The position numbers and the translations under genes are program-made. This document shows, in pieces, positions 1 through 7,881 of a stretch of 33,022 nucleotides of DNA; within the stretch, counting starts at the first letter, position 1; each line of letters starts with the position of its first letter. The stretch comes from Thermoplasmataceae archaeon (GTDB lineage: Archaea > Thermoplasmatota > Thermoplasmata > Thermoplasmatales > Thermoplasmataceae). The notes below the pieces were generated by a model, which saw only the letters and a program-made list of their open reading frames with translations, searched no databases and had not been told where the DNA came from. Location: NCBI GenBank assembly GCA_046705445.1, contig JBJKQJ010000181.1:1-33022 (forward strand), written 5' to 3'.

Positions 1-1010
1 AAGTTGGAAGAATAACTAAGCTGTTCTGAAACACCCAGATTGATGATATCGAAATCTTTGCTCTTCAGGTAACTGTGGAGAGTTGTCTCATTTTGTGGGC
101 TTAAAGCTTCTTTGTCTTTGCCAGAGAATATCCTTACCTTGGCTTTCATAATCAGTTCTTCAGAACCAACTGCAATACCATCCCCTGCTATGTTGAAATA
201 GGTGTCAAGTTGCATATTTACCATGGGATCTTTTGGCAAACCTTCCATGAAATCATATATGGGATTCTCAACAACCGCCACTTCATCATAATCGAGGAAA
301 CCTGATGATATGGCCTGCATAGCACCATCAAAATTTGTCCGAGAGCCTATTCCAATAAGGCAGAAATCATCGGCAGGCATGAAATCCCCCCCTTCAAATA
401 TGCCGTTTCCAGTTATTCTATAGAGATTCTTTTCCTTCTGGGCCTCCTTCCATACAAACTCTGTAATTTCAGGCTCTCTCATTCTCTGTTTCCTTTTCAT
501 GTTTCCCACGATGACTCCGCCCGGGGTCACTGCCTGCTGGTCTCTCATGAAATAAAGGTTAGCTAGGGGAAGATTGGAATATACTGTAGGGTATTCCAGC
601 CCTTCAGTCACATCCAACTTGAGGTCAATGGATGGTTCTAGTGTCATAATCTTGAAAAGTGTGGAAGAATCCAAGATAGAAAGATTCTTTTCTAGTTCTG
701 ATTGTGCAGCTTCCGCTGACTCAATATTTCCATAAAATCTCACAAGCGACAGAACTTTCTCTTCGAGCGACTTTCGAAATTCTGGATCGCTATCTGCCTT
801 TTCCATTATAAAATTGCTCAGAATTTCTACTTTTACCCCATTCTCTTTCAGGGTTTGTTCCAGTTTTTCATGCTCGCTTATGGCCACTCTTGTCCTGTAA
901 GGTCTTTCAAAGAGGAAAGGCCTCGGTGAGAGCATCGCATAGTCAATCTCTGTTCCAGGTCTGTGCATCATTACTTTTTTCAACGAATGCCATTCAGCTT
1001 TTATCCTCAT
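1..1010 (-). CDS. arcA: Arginine deiminase-family protein (N-terminal ~336 aa; C-terminus runs off the window edge)
   Basis: Absent from the ORF track because it is open at the window edge. Hand translation of the minus strand from ATG (cat at 1008-1010) gives MRIKAEWHSLKKVMMHRPGTEIDY...NLYFMRDQQAV...IFEGGDFMP...IGIGSRTN... These are the HRPG-E, FxRD, EGGD and G-x-RT motifs typical of arginine deiminase (amidinotransferase fold). The frame stays open to position 1. Confidence 0.65.
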   Translation of the reverse strand, partial: MRIKAEWHSLKKVMMHRPGTEIDYAMLSPRPFLFERPYRTRVAISEHEKLEQTLKENGVKVEILSNFIMEKADSDPEFRKSLEEKVLSLVRFYGNIESAEAAQSELEKNLSILDSSTLFKIMTLEPSIDLKLDVTEGLEYPTVYSNLPLANLYFMRDQQAVTPGGVIVGNMKRKQRMREPEITEFVWKEAQKEKNLYRITGNGIFEGGDFMPADDFCLIGIGSRTNFDGAMQAISSGFLDYDEVAVVENPIYDFMEGLPKDPMVNMQLDTYFNIAGDGIAVGSEELIMKAKVRIFSGKDKEALSPQNETTLHSYLKSKDFDIINLGVSEQLSYSSN

Positions 1011-1208
1011 GAAACCACTTAATCGAGATGTGCTGAACAGTCAATTAATTTGCGCTTATCCGCTAAGTTACCTTCGACTGTGAAATCTGAAGATGAATTT
1101 TCAGAGATAGAATTACATTCTCGATTTTGAAATCTGGCAACTTGGCCTTAAGGATAGGGTCGGGGGTTTTAAAAACAAAGATGTATATATATATGTGGTT
1201 AATCGTTT

Positions 1209-1760
1209 ATGAAGAAAGCAATGGTTGTGACGGCTAGCCTGTTTGTTTCGCTGTTCCTATTTTCAGGTATTTCTTCAGCATATACTGATTATGAAACTTG
1301 CCAGACAGTTTTTCTCCACGCTTACGGTATTCAATACATTACGCAAGGCTCAGAGAATTATGCTGCACAGATAGTTATTCAAGGCAACATGACTTCAAAT
1401 GATGTGGTCCAATCGATAAACACTCCTCCATATTATGTTGCTCACGATTATATTGAATTCAATGGAATTGTTGATGTACCACTGGGAGGATCCGGTGTGG
1501 TGAGGATAGATGGGGGTTATACTTACGGGGGAATTTATTATGACGTAGCATCAGGCAGCGGAATCATCAATGTGACCCAGTATAACTCAACTACTGTGCA
1601 ACTCACAGTTACAGCAAAATCTAGCGTCGAGTATAATATTATAGTTGATTCCAATCAGTTTCTGGCTCCATCTTCAACTCAGTACTACTTTACCGGAATA
1701 TGGGCTGATTATGCACTTAACAGCACTTCGGTAGATACTACAGTAATGGAGAGTTGCTGA
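1209..1760 (+). CDS. Hypothetical secreted protein
   Basis: ATG ORF of 183 aa. Signal-like N-terminus MKKAMVVTASLFVSLFLFSGISSA, then Tyr/Gly/Ser/Thr-rich sequence with N-x-S/T sequons (NMT, NVT, NST, NST). AT-rich TATA-like tract at 1181-1198 just upstream. No family recognised. Confidence 0.5.
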   Translation: MKKAMVVTASLFVSLFLFSGISSAYTDYETCQTVFLHAYGIQYITQGSENYAAQIVIQGNMTSNDVVQSINTPPYYVAHDYIEFNGIVDVPLGGSGVVRIDGGYTYGGIYYDVASGSGIINVTQYNSTTVQLTVTAKSSVEYNIIVDSNQFLAPSSTQYYFTGIWADYALNSTSVDTTVMESC

Positions 1761-2248
1761 TGGAACGAAAAGGGGATCGAGATGTCTCATCTGGAATGAT
1801 CAAGTCTGAGGCACACGACTTTGTTCAAACCCTTTCTCATAGAAGAATGTTATTTTTGCTACTCTTAATTCTGACACCTGTAATAGTTCAACTCTTCATT
1901 AATTATTGCAATTTTCTGAGCATATCAGCGGAATTGAATAATTTTTCAGGTAATTACAGAACCCTCTTTTTTCTGGCCCAGCTGGCTTATAATCTGACAC
2001 TCGTTTCAGCGTTTATAATCCCCTATTTTCTCACAAGAATTATCAAGACAGGTCTTCCGATTTGGTTGATAGTGTTTCTTGTAAGCTTAAGTTCATTGAT
2101 TGGCAATTATCTCGGAGTTCTATTCTTCTCTGAATTCACTTTACCCCATATTGTGGGTGGTTATCTGGGGACCTCGATTTTCTTTGGATGGGTGGGGACG
2201 TCCTTGATTATGATGGGGGGATTCCTTTTGCCTGGGGTGCGGAGATAA
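1760..2248 (+). CDS. Hypothetical membrane protein (about 4 TM segments)
   Basis: ATG at 1760 overlaps the TGA stop of the upstream ORF by 1 nt (the track uses an in-frame TTG at 1754). Hydrophobic stretches: LFLLLLILTPVIVQLF, LTLVSAFIIPYFL, IWLIVFLVSLSSLIGNYLGVLFF, IFFGWVGTSLIMMGGFLL. No family recognised. Confidence 0.5.
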   Translation: MERKGDRDVSSGMIKSEAHDFVQTLSHRRMLFLLLLILTPVIVQLFINYCNFLSISAELNNFSGNYRTLFFLAQLAYNLTLVSAFIIPYFLTRIIKTGLPIWLIVFLVSLSSLIGNYLGVLFFSEFTLPHIVGGYLGTSIFFGWVGTSLIMMGGFLLPGVRR

Positions 2249-2360
2249 TTCAGTAAAGAAATGCAGGTATAATTTCCAATACGATTTCTAAAAAAATCAA
2301 TCCATCGTGATCTGGTAAACTTTTGACATTAACCATGTTAATCTCGTGCAATACTTCGTC

Positions 2361-3377
2361 TTAGCGTTGTGGAGTCACTATGTACTTCCCCTTGTAATTG
2401 AAAACAGTGATTTCCCCTTCGTATATTCCCTTTAGCGTGGATAACTGGTAGTTCCTCTTGTCCATGGCCGTTGTTTCATCGTCCTGGTTTGACACCACCA
2501 TCAGCTCCCTGGTTTCGATGTTTTCCTCAGAGAAGGAATATGAACCGCTATTGAAGTCATTCTGTAGAATCTCGTACCTCTTTTCATTGTGAGGATCTAT
2601 GACTGTCAGGGCATTTGACTTCACTTTTTCAAGGATGTATGTCTTTTCCTTGCTCCATATGACGGCGCCGGGTTTAAGGTTGAATACCCTCACAAGGAAG
2701 GTGTGGCGATAGAAATCTTCACCTTCTCTTCTTCCTGCCAGTTTCTTTGTCCTTGTGGTATCTGAAAAGTAGTGGTCATGGATATACTTGGAAAGTTTGA
2801 TCCCGTCGTTTTTCTTGCCCAGGTAGATATCTATACCTCCCTTCACGTGTTGAATCTTCGAAACGAAGGATTCGTTGTCGCTCTTGTGCATGTTGTCCAG
2901 CATCCCGGAAATACCGTCCAGAACTTCTTTCAGTATTGGCGAAAACTCTGCTGTAAGCGTTCTGAGCTGTATAATCGCTTCATAATATGAACCTGTAATC
3001 TTGTTGCAGGTCGGGCAGCTGTTAAGCAAAATTCTAGCCGGAATATCATGCATTCCTCCTTTTATTCCCATCCCTTCAGTCTCAAGTTCAACCGAGAAAG
3101 TTATTTTCCCTTCCAGTCTCTTCAGTTCTACAGCATCACCGTGTATATGGGCTGAAACATTGGGGTTGTTTGTAGACAGTTTTCCGTTAATCTTTTTGAT
3201 AAGAGGCCTTTCCAGCTTACCTCTGGACCATGTATTGCCTATCTTGAATGCATTGCATTTAGGGCAAATGGTAAGTTCTACAGATCCGCTTGTCATGACC
3301 TGTAAATGACCAGCAAAACATTCTTCACACTGGCCATGTATCACTGCCTCTCTAGTGTCGCAAACAATGCATTTCAT
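2361..3377 (-). CDS. NMD3-family protein (archaeal homologue of the 60S export adaptor)
   Basis: 338 aa with four CxxC pairs in the NMD3 arrangement: MKCIVCD, GQCEECF, ICPKCNAFKIGNTW, NSCPTCNK. Size and pattern match archaeal NMD3-like proteins. Confidence 0.65.
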   Translation of the reverse strand: MKCIVCDTREAVIHGQCEECFAGHLQVMTSGSVELTICPKCNAFKIGNTWSRGKLERPLIKKINGKLSTNNPNVSAHIHGDAVELKRLEGKITFSVELETEGMGIKGGMHDIPARILLNSCPTCNKITGSYYEAIIQLRTLTAEFSPILKEVLDGISGMLDNMHKSDNESFVSKIQHVKGGIDIYLGKKNDGIKLSKYIHDHYFSDTTRTKKLAGRREGEDFYRHTFLVRVFNLKPGAVIWSKEKTYILEKVKSNALTVIDPHNEKRYEILQNDFNSGSYSFSEENIETRELMVVSNQDDETTAMDKRNYQLSTLKGIYEGEITVFNYKGKYIVTPQR

Positions 3378-4537
3378 TACAATTCCGGTATTTTATTCTC
3401 CCTCTTATACTTTCTAACAAGAGCCGAGGCAATAAGGTGTTTCCTAATCTCAGTTGTTCCAGCGCCAATCTGTCCAAGTATGGCATCACGTAGGAGTCTT
3501 TCAACTTCAGAGTCACGCATATATCCTATTCCACCAAGAATCTGAATGGCTTCCCTTGAGACGTATTCGGAAGTCTCAGAAGCGTGCATTATGGCAGCAG
3601 CAGGACCAAGAGAGTCCATTGGGTCCGACTCGAGGTTTTCAAGGGCTTTCTCGGCAAGAAGTTTGCTGGTCTGGTATCTCGTATACATGTAGGCAAGTTT
3701 TTCCTCAATCATTTCAAATTCGTGTAGAAAATGTCCTGACTGTTTCCTTTCGGTAGAATATTTAACTGCAAGTTCAAGGGCTCTTCTGGAAATGCCGGTG
3801 AAGATGAAAGTGAGAATCACCCTTTCTGAATTAAGGCCGCTCAGTATGATTTCCTTCCCAGCGCCTTCGCCCCCAATAATCCTTTCCTTTCCAACTTTTG
3901 TCGAGTCAAGGAAAATCTCACCTGTGGGTGAACCGCGCATTCCCATTTTGTCGAATTTCTTTCCACGGCTGAACCCTTTGTCAGTTCCAAGGACCGCAAA
4001 TGCAGTGAAATTATCACCTGTTCTGGCATAAGTCAACACAAGATCCGCATAAGGTGCGTTGGTGATGAGAGTCTTGCTACCAGTAATCTCGAATATTTCA
4101 CCTTTTTCAGAAGCAGTGGTTTTCATGGCAAGCGCATCCGAACCAGAGGAAGGCTCTGTTAGCCCAAGTGAACCAATCCATTCGCCGGATGCAAGCTTTG
4201 GGACATAGTTCTCTCTGATGTGCTGGGAGCCGTTTCTGTAAAGGTTGTCAAGGCAGAGGTTGCTATGTGCCCCGTAGGATAATGCCAGGGATGCTGAGGC
4301 ATATCCCAGCTCCTCTTCAATAATTGCCTGGGCCCGGTAATCCATACCAGAACCGCCATATTCTTCAGGTATTGTAATTCCAAGGAACCCCAGTTTTCCC
4401 ATTTTTCTGAAGATTTCTAGTGGAAATTCATCGTTAAGGTCGATCTTTGCAGCTACCGGCAACACCTCTTTGGAAACAAATTCCTTCACTGAGTTGCGCA
4501 ATAAATTGTAGGTTTCCGGGTCGACATTTTTTTGCAT
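3377..4537 (-). CDS. Acyl-CoA dehydrogenase
   Basis: 386 aa. Typical ACAD layout and motifs: FLGITIPEEYGG, GLTEPSSGSDA, ITNAPYADL, GGIGYMRDSEVERLLRDA, TTEIRKHLIA. Confidence 0.9.
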   Translation of the reverse strand: MQKNVDPETYNLLRNSVKEFVSKEVLPVAAKIDLNDEFPLEIFRKMGKLGFLGITIPEEYGGSGMDYRAQAIIEEELGYASASLALSYGAHSNLCLDNLYRNGSQHIRENYVPKLASGEWIGSLGLTEPSSGSDALAMKTTASEKGEIFEITGSKTLITNAPYADLVLTYARTGDNFTAFAVLGTDKGFSRGKKFDKMGMRGSPTGEIFLDSTKVGKERIIGGEGAGKEIILSGLNSERVILTFIFTGISRRALELAVKYSTERKQSGHFLHEFEMIEEKLAYMYTRYQTSKLLAEKALENLESDPMDSLGPAAAIMHASETSEYVSREAIQILGGIGYMRDSEVERLLRDAILGQIGAGTTEIRKHLIASALVRKYKRENKIPEL

Positions 4538-4627
4538 AGGGAATAATGTGAACAGTAAATATAATACAAATGGGTAAACAAATTCAAATTAAAAAGGGGA
4601 ATAAAATTAGAAAAAAAGAATAATGAA

Positions 4628-5137
4628 TTATTGTTCTGTCCAGGAATTTGATTCAGCTCTGGGTTTTTCCTGCCATTTTTCAAAAAGAACTCCAGTAAGG
4701 TAACCGAAAACAAGTGCAGCAACCAGGCCGCCTGCAATTCCTAAAGCATAATAAGTCACACCATAAGTCCCAAGGTTAGCTAGTCCAATTAAGACATTGA
4801 ATATTAGCCAGATTATAAGGCCAAAAAGGAGCCCCTTATATGTTTGAGACCTGCCGGGGAGCCTGTTGTTGAGCGCACCGAATATTGCCCCCAGTATCAA
4901 ACCTATAATAACGCCTCCAAGTATGGCGCCAGCAATGGCAAATCCCTGTGCTAGTGAATAAACCGCCTGTGCGGTAATTGTTGTACCACCGGGGATACTA
5001 TTCAGGCTTTTCTGAATTTCATTCATAATTGTGGTTTTAAAGACAGTAATGAGTATTACTGCAAACACCGCGTCAATAATACCGTAAACAATTCCAGCTA
5101 CTGCTCCAGCTTTTAAACCGGTAGTTGTATCACTCAT
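4628..5137 (-). CDS. Hypothetical Gly/Ala-rich integral membrane protein (about 4 TM)
   Basis: 169 aa with long hydrophobic Gly/Ala/Ile-rich helices (AGAVAGIVYGIIDAVFAVILITVF, GFAIAGAILGGVIIGLILGAIFGAL, LLFGLIIWLIFNVLIGL, ALGIAGGLVAALVFGYLTGVLF). No family recognised. Confidence 0.55.
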   Translation of the reverse strand: MSDTTTGLKAGAVAGIVYGIIDAVFAVILITVFKTTIMNEIQKSLNSIPGGTTITAQAVYSLAQGFAIAGAILGGVIIGLILGAIFGALNNRLPGRSQTYKGLLFGLIIWLIFNVLIGLANLGTYGVTYYALGIAGGLVAALVFGYLTGVLFEKWQEKPRAESNSWTEQ

Positions 5138-5478
5138 AGTGAATCAGGGTTATAAATTCTGTATTCTAATATACTTATGTTTCCCTAAAAAGTTCAAGTT
5201 CTGTTAATTAAGTTCCTAAAGCTTTTGGCAGAATTTTTTATGATTGTGGATGAAGTCAATAAAATCAACATTCGACTCAAACTGTGAAAGTTGTCGTTTG
5301 TTCTTGGCAATGCTTATTTTCAGCATAAGGTTAATAATGATTTATATAATGTCGGTAGATACTCCAAAGGAAGTTGAAACAAGGGGGATGTTCAGCTTGT
5401 GGCCACTAACTATACGAAGTGAATTAGTGGTTCCGAGGCACTTCTTTGTTGTCGTTCCTGTTATGGGGAAGATGTGGA

Positions 5479-6063
5479 ATGTACGTTATAGTTGAAGATG
5501 ATTACATTACAAGAATACCTCCAGAGAAACTGGGCCAGGATTACACTCAGGCAGTTCTAGATGTTGCAAAGACTTCACTGGAAGGCAGATTTGTAGATTT
5601 CAAGGATGAAAAAGATGATACAAGAATCCTTGGCAAATGCTACATTGTCTCAGTTATTGATGTGGACAAGATAGGAGATGGAGCAATTGTCCACGGTGAT
5701 GGGGGTGTATACCAGAGCGTCCATTTCAAGGCACTGGCCTTTTATCCGGAAATGCAGGAAGTCGTCGAGGGCGTAGTCGTTTCAATCCAGAATTTTGGAG
5801 CGTTTGTGAGATTTGGCCCATTTGAGGGACTGCTGCACAAAAGTCAAATAATGGATGACAGAATTGACGTTGACCTTGCAAACCAGAGATTTGTAGGAAA
5901 GGACACCAAGAAAGATATCAAAGTTGGAGACAAGGTTAGAGTCAGGATAGTTGCACTTAACTTGAGTTCTTCATCGGTGGAAGACAGCAAGATAGGATTC
6001 ACAATGAAGCAACTTGGATTGGCAAAACTGGACTGGCTTGCCAAAAGAAAAGTGGAGAATTAG
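5479..6063 (+). CDS. rpoE: DNA-directed RNA polymerase subunit E' (Rpo7), with S1 domain
   Basis: MYVIVEDDYITRIPPEKLGQDY... is the canonical Rpo7 N-terminus. C-terminal S1 fold: VEGVVVSIQNFGAFVRFGPFEGLLHKSQ. I prefer the ATG at 5479; the track ORF starts at an upstream non-ATG codon at 5446. Followed by spt4 as in other archaea. Confidence 0.9.
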   Translation: MYVIVEDDYITRIPPEKLGQDYTQAVLDVAKTSLEGRFVDFKDEKDDTRILGKCYIVSVIDVDKIGDGAIVHGDGGVYQSVHFKALAFYPEMQEVVEGVVVSIQNFGAFVRFGPFEGLLHKSQIMDDRIDVDLANQRFVGKDTKKDIKVGDKVRVRIVALNLSSSSVEDSKIGFTMKQLGLAKLDWLAKRKVEN

Positions 6064-6069
6064 ATTTAA

Positions 6070-6264
6070 ATGAAGCAGGTTTACAGAGCGTGCAAGAAAT
6101 GCAAGCTTATCACAACTGAAAAAAACTGCCCCATCCACGGTGATGAAAAGACCACTACAGAATGGTTCGGTTTTACCATAATTGGAGAACCCACTCTTTC
6201 TTCAATCGCCGAGAGGGCTGCCATACCAGAACCGGGTAGCTATGCAATTAAAGTCAGGCAATGA
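6070..6264 (+). CDS. spt4: Transcription elongation factor Spt4 (RpoE'')
   Basis: 64 aa. Zinc-ribbon CKKC-x8-CPIH followed by W-G-x-x-I, then an ...YAIKV C-terminus. Sits in the conserved position after Rpo7. Confidence 0.85.
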   Translation: MKQVYRACKKCKLITTEKNCPIHGDEKTTTEWFGFTIIGEPTLSSIAERAAIPEPGSYAIKVRQ

Positions 6265-6751
6265 GTTCGTAATTGGTGATGAACTCAGGCGCCTGATCGA
6301 AAGCAGCAATGGCGAACTCTGTTCTGCAGAAATTATTTCTCAGAAATTCAACGATTTTAAGGTAATAGCAGTAGGGGATGTTACAACGCGAGTTCTTCAC
6401 GAACATGGAATTTTCCCATTCATAGAAATTGTGGACCTCAAGACAAAAAGAGGTACAGAGGGGACTTTTGAGAGGGTACCTGGTTCTCACAGCATCAGGA
6501 ATGACCCCGGTACATTAAGCCATGATCTATTCATTCTCATAGAAAACCTAGTGAAAGGCACTGGTGGAAGGATCGAGATCGATGGTGAGGAAGACCTCGC
6601 AGTAATACCAATAATTTTTTATTCAGACAAAAATACAGTGGTAGCATACGGAATTCCTGATGTTGGCATGGCCTGCATACAGGTTAGCGTGGAAGTTAAG
6701 CAATTGGTCAATGACCTTATAGAAAGGATGGAAATTAGATGCCAGAATTGA
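6242..6751 (+). CDS. DUF359 protein (family of the archaeal GTP-dependent dephospho-CoA kinase)
   Basis: AVGDVTT...[13 protein letters not shown] motif block and about 170 aa length fit DUF359. Sits in the conserved position between spt4 and S24e. ATG at 6242 chosen; the track starts at 6182, deep inside spt4. Confidence 0.7.
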   Translation: MQLKSGNEFVIGDELRRLIESSNGELCSAEIISQKFNDFKVIAVGDVTTRVLHEHGIFPFIEIVDLKTKRGTEGTFERVPGSHSIRNDPGTLSHDLFILIENLVKGTGGRIEIDGEEDLAVIPIIFYSDKNTVVAYGIPDVGMACIQVSVEVKQLVNDLIERMEIRCQN

Positions 6752-7050
6752 AGATAGAAAACGAGAAAGACAACAAACTGCTGCACAGGAAGGAAATCCA
6801 GTACAGGATAGTTTTCAAGAACGAACCAACTCCCAGCAGGGACAAAATCAAAGAACTCATTGCAAAGAACTCAGGTTCAGACAAGGAACTTGTAGTTGTG
6901 GATACGAATTTTCAGGAGACAGGGCTCAATGAAGTAAAAGGCTACTCCAAGATTTACAAGGACAAGGAGAGTGCCATGCTTTATGAACCAGATTATGAAT
7001 TACTCAGAAATGGCCTCAAGTCAGTGGAAGGAGGGGAGAATTCAGAATGA
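6739..7050 (+). CDS. rps24e: 30S ribosomal protein S24e
   Basis: 103 aa. Sequence ...[32 protein letters not shown]... matches the S24e pattern. Overlaps the upstream gene by 13 nt and the downstream gene by ATGA. Confidence 0.9.
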   Translation: MPELKIENEKDNKLLHRKEIQYRIVFKNEPTPSRDKIKELIAKNSGSDKELVVVDTNFQETGLNEVKGYSKIYKDKESAMLYEPDYELLRNGLKSVEGGENSE

Positions 7051-7343
7051 TAAAGAGAGAACTCTACGTTCTTGAGGACACAAAAGTGGCAAGGCAAAGG
7101 AGATTCTGCCCAAGATGTGGGCCCGGTGTATTCCTTGGCGAACACAAGGATCGTTATGCCTGCGGAAGATGTGGTTACACGGAGTTCAAGAAGGACGCCA
7201 AACCCAAGGATGCAAAATCAAAAGGGACCGCAGCAAAAGTTGAGGCAAAAGAATCTCCTGCGACCGCATCCGGCAAAGAAGAATCCAAGGAAGAAAAGCA
7301 GAAAGCCAGTTCTTCCAAGGGAAAAGAAGCTAAAGAAGAGTAG
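7047..7343 (+). CDS. rps27ae: 30S ribosomal protein S27ae with a Lys/Glu/Ser-rich C-terminal tail
   Basis: C4 zinc ribbon [27 protein letters not shown] in the conserved position after S24e. About 50 extra low-complexity residues follow ([13 protein letters not shown]...KEAKEE). Confidence 0.85.
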   Translation: MIKRELYVLEDTKVARQRRFCPRCGPGVFLGEHKDRYACGRCGYTEFKKDAKPKDAKSKGTAAKVEAKESPATASGKEESKEEKQKASSSKGKEAKEE

Positions 7344-7415
7344 TTCTCTTCTCTTTTATTTTGAAGAAAAGGCATCATGCTTTACTTGGTAAATAAAACA
7401 GAAAAATTATGTTAA

Positions 7416-7437
7416 TGATTTCAGAGTTCTGAAATCA
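7416..7437. repeat. Perfect 10-bp inverted repeat (TGATTTCAGA-gt-TCTGAAATCA)
   Basis: Read directly from the sequence. It spans the stop codon and last codons of the minus-strand gene 7421-7723, at the convergent junction with rps27ae. It could act as an RNA hairpin or terminator element. Confidence 0.35.
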
Positions 7438-7723
7438 GTCTGGTTGTTTCTCCGGCGGCCTTTTCTATGTCTTTGTATTTTAATCTTGCATCATCTTTTG
7501 TGTCTTCAGGCATATCCTGAATTGAAAGATGCCCAAGAAGTAGCTGCAGTTCCAGGTCAAGTATTATTGAAAGCACCCTAAGCCTTTCTTGTTTGCCCTC
7601 TGCTACTTCCTTTCTCCTGGAGGAAATGAAGCAGTCGTAATGCACTGAACCTTTCTTTGTGAACGTAAATTTCTCTCCGGTCTTGACTTTTGTATTGCAG
7701 TCATAACATTTGAATTCTGCCAT
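7421..7723 (-). CDS. Small Cys/His protein, possibly DUF2175-type (family recalled from memory, unverified)
   Basis: 100 aa. N-terminal CYDC-x19-HYDC putative metal site inside a KFTFTKKGSVHYDCF segment, then a helical C-terminal half. TATA-like ttaaatat at 7747-7754 lies about 25-30 nt upstream of the start. Confidence 0.55.
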   Translation of the reverse strand: MAEFKCYDCNTKVKTGEKFTFTKKGSVHYDCFISSRRKEVAEGKQERLRVLSIILDLELQLLLGHLSIQDMPEDTKDDARLKYKDIEKAAGETTRLISEL

Positions 7724-7881
7724 AAAACTAAAAGTATTCCGACAGATTAAATATTTTGGGAAATTATGAATTGATAATCCATTTAAATAAACTGATTGCC
7801 GTTTAAATAATCCACATAATGTATTTACACATCACTTTTCTGGGAAGAAGCTTAAAGTCATGTTCTTTATTTTTTTGAACA

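Noticed and set aside
5244-5495. 83-aa track ORF in the spacer upstream of rpoE', and a possible C/D-box sRNA (GGATGAAG ... CTGTGA) around 5250-5300
   Set aside because: The ORF starts at a non-ATG codon, overlaps the well-supported Rpo7 start and has implausible composition. The box candidates match neither RUGAUGA nor CUGA exactly, and no terminal stem is evident.
7072-7392. 106-aa alternative frame across rps27ae
   Set aside because: The 7047 frame contains the S27ae C4 zinc ribbon and an ATGA coupling to S24e. The alternative frame is a basic low-complexity shadow of the Lys/Glu-rich tail.
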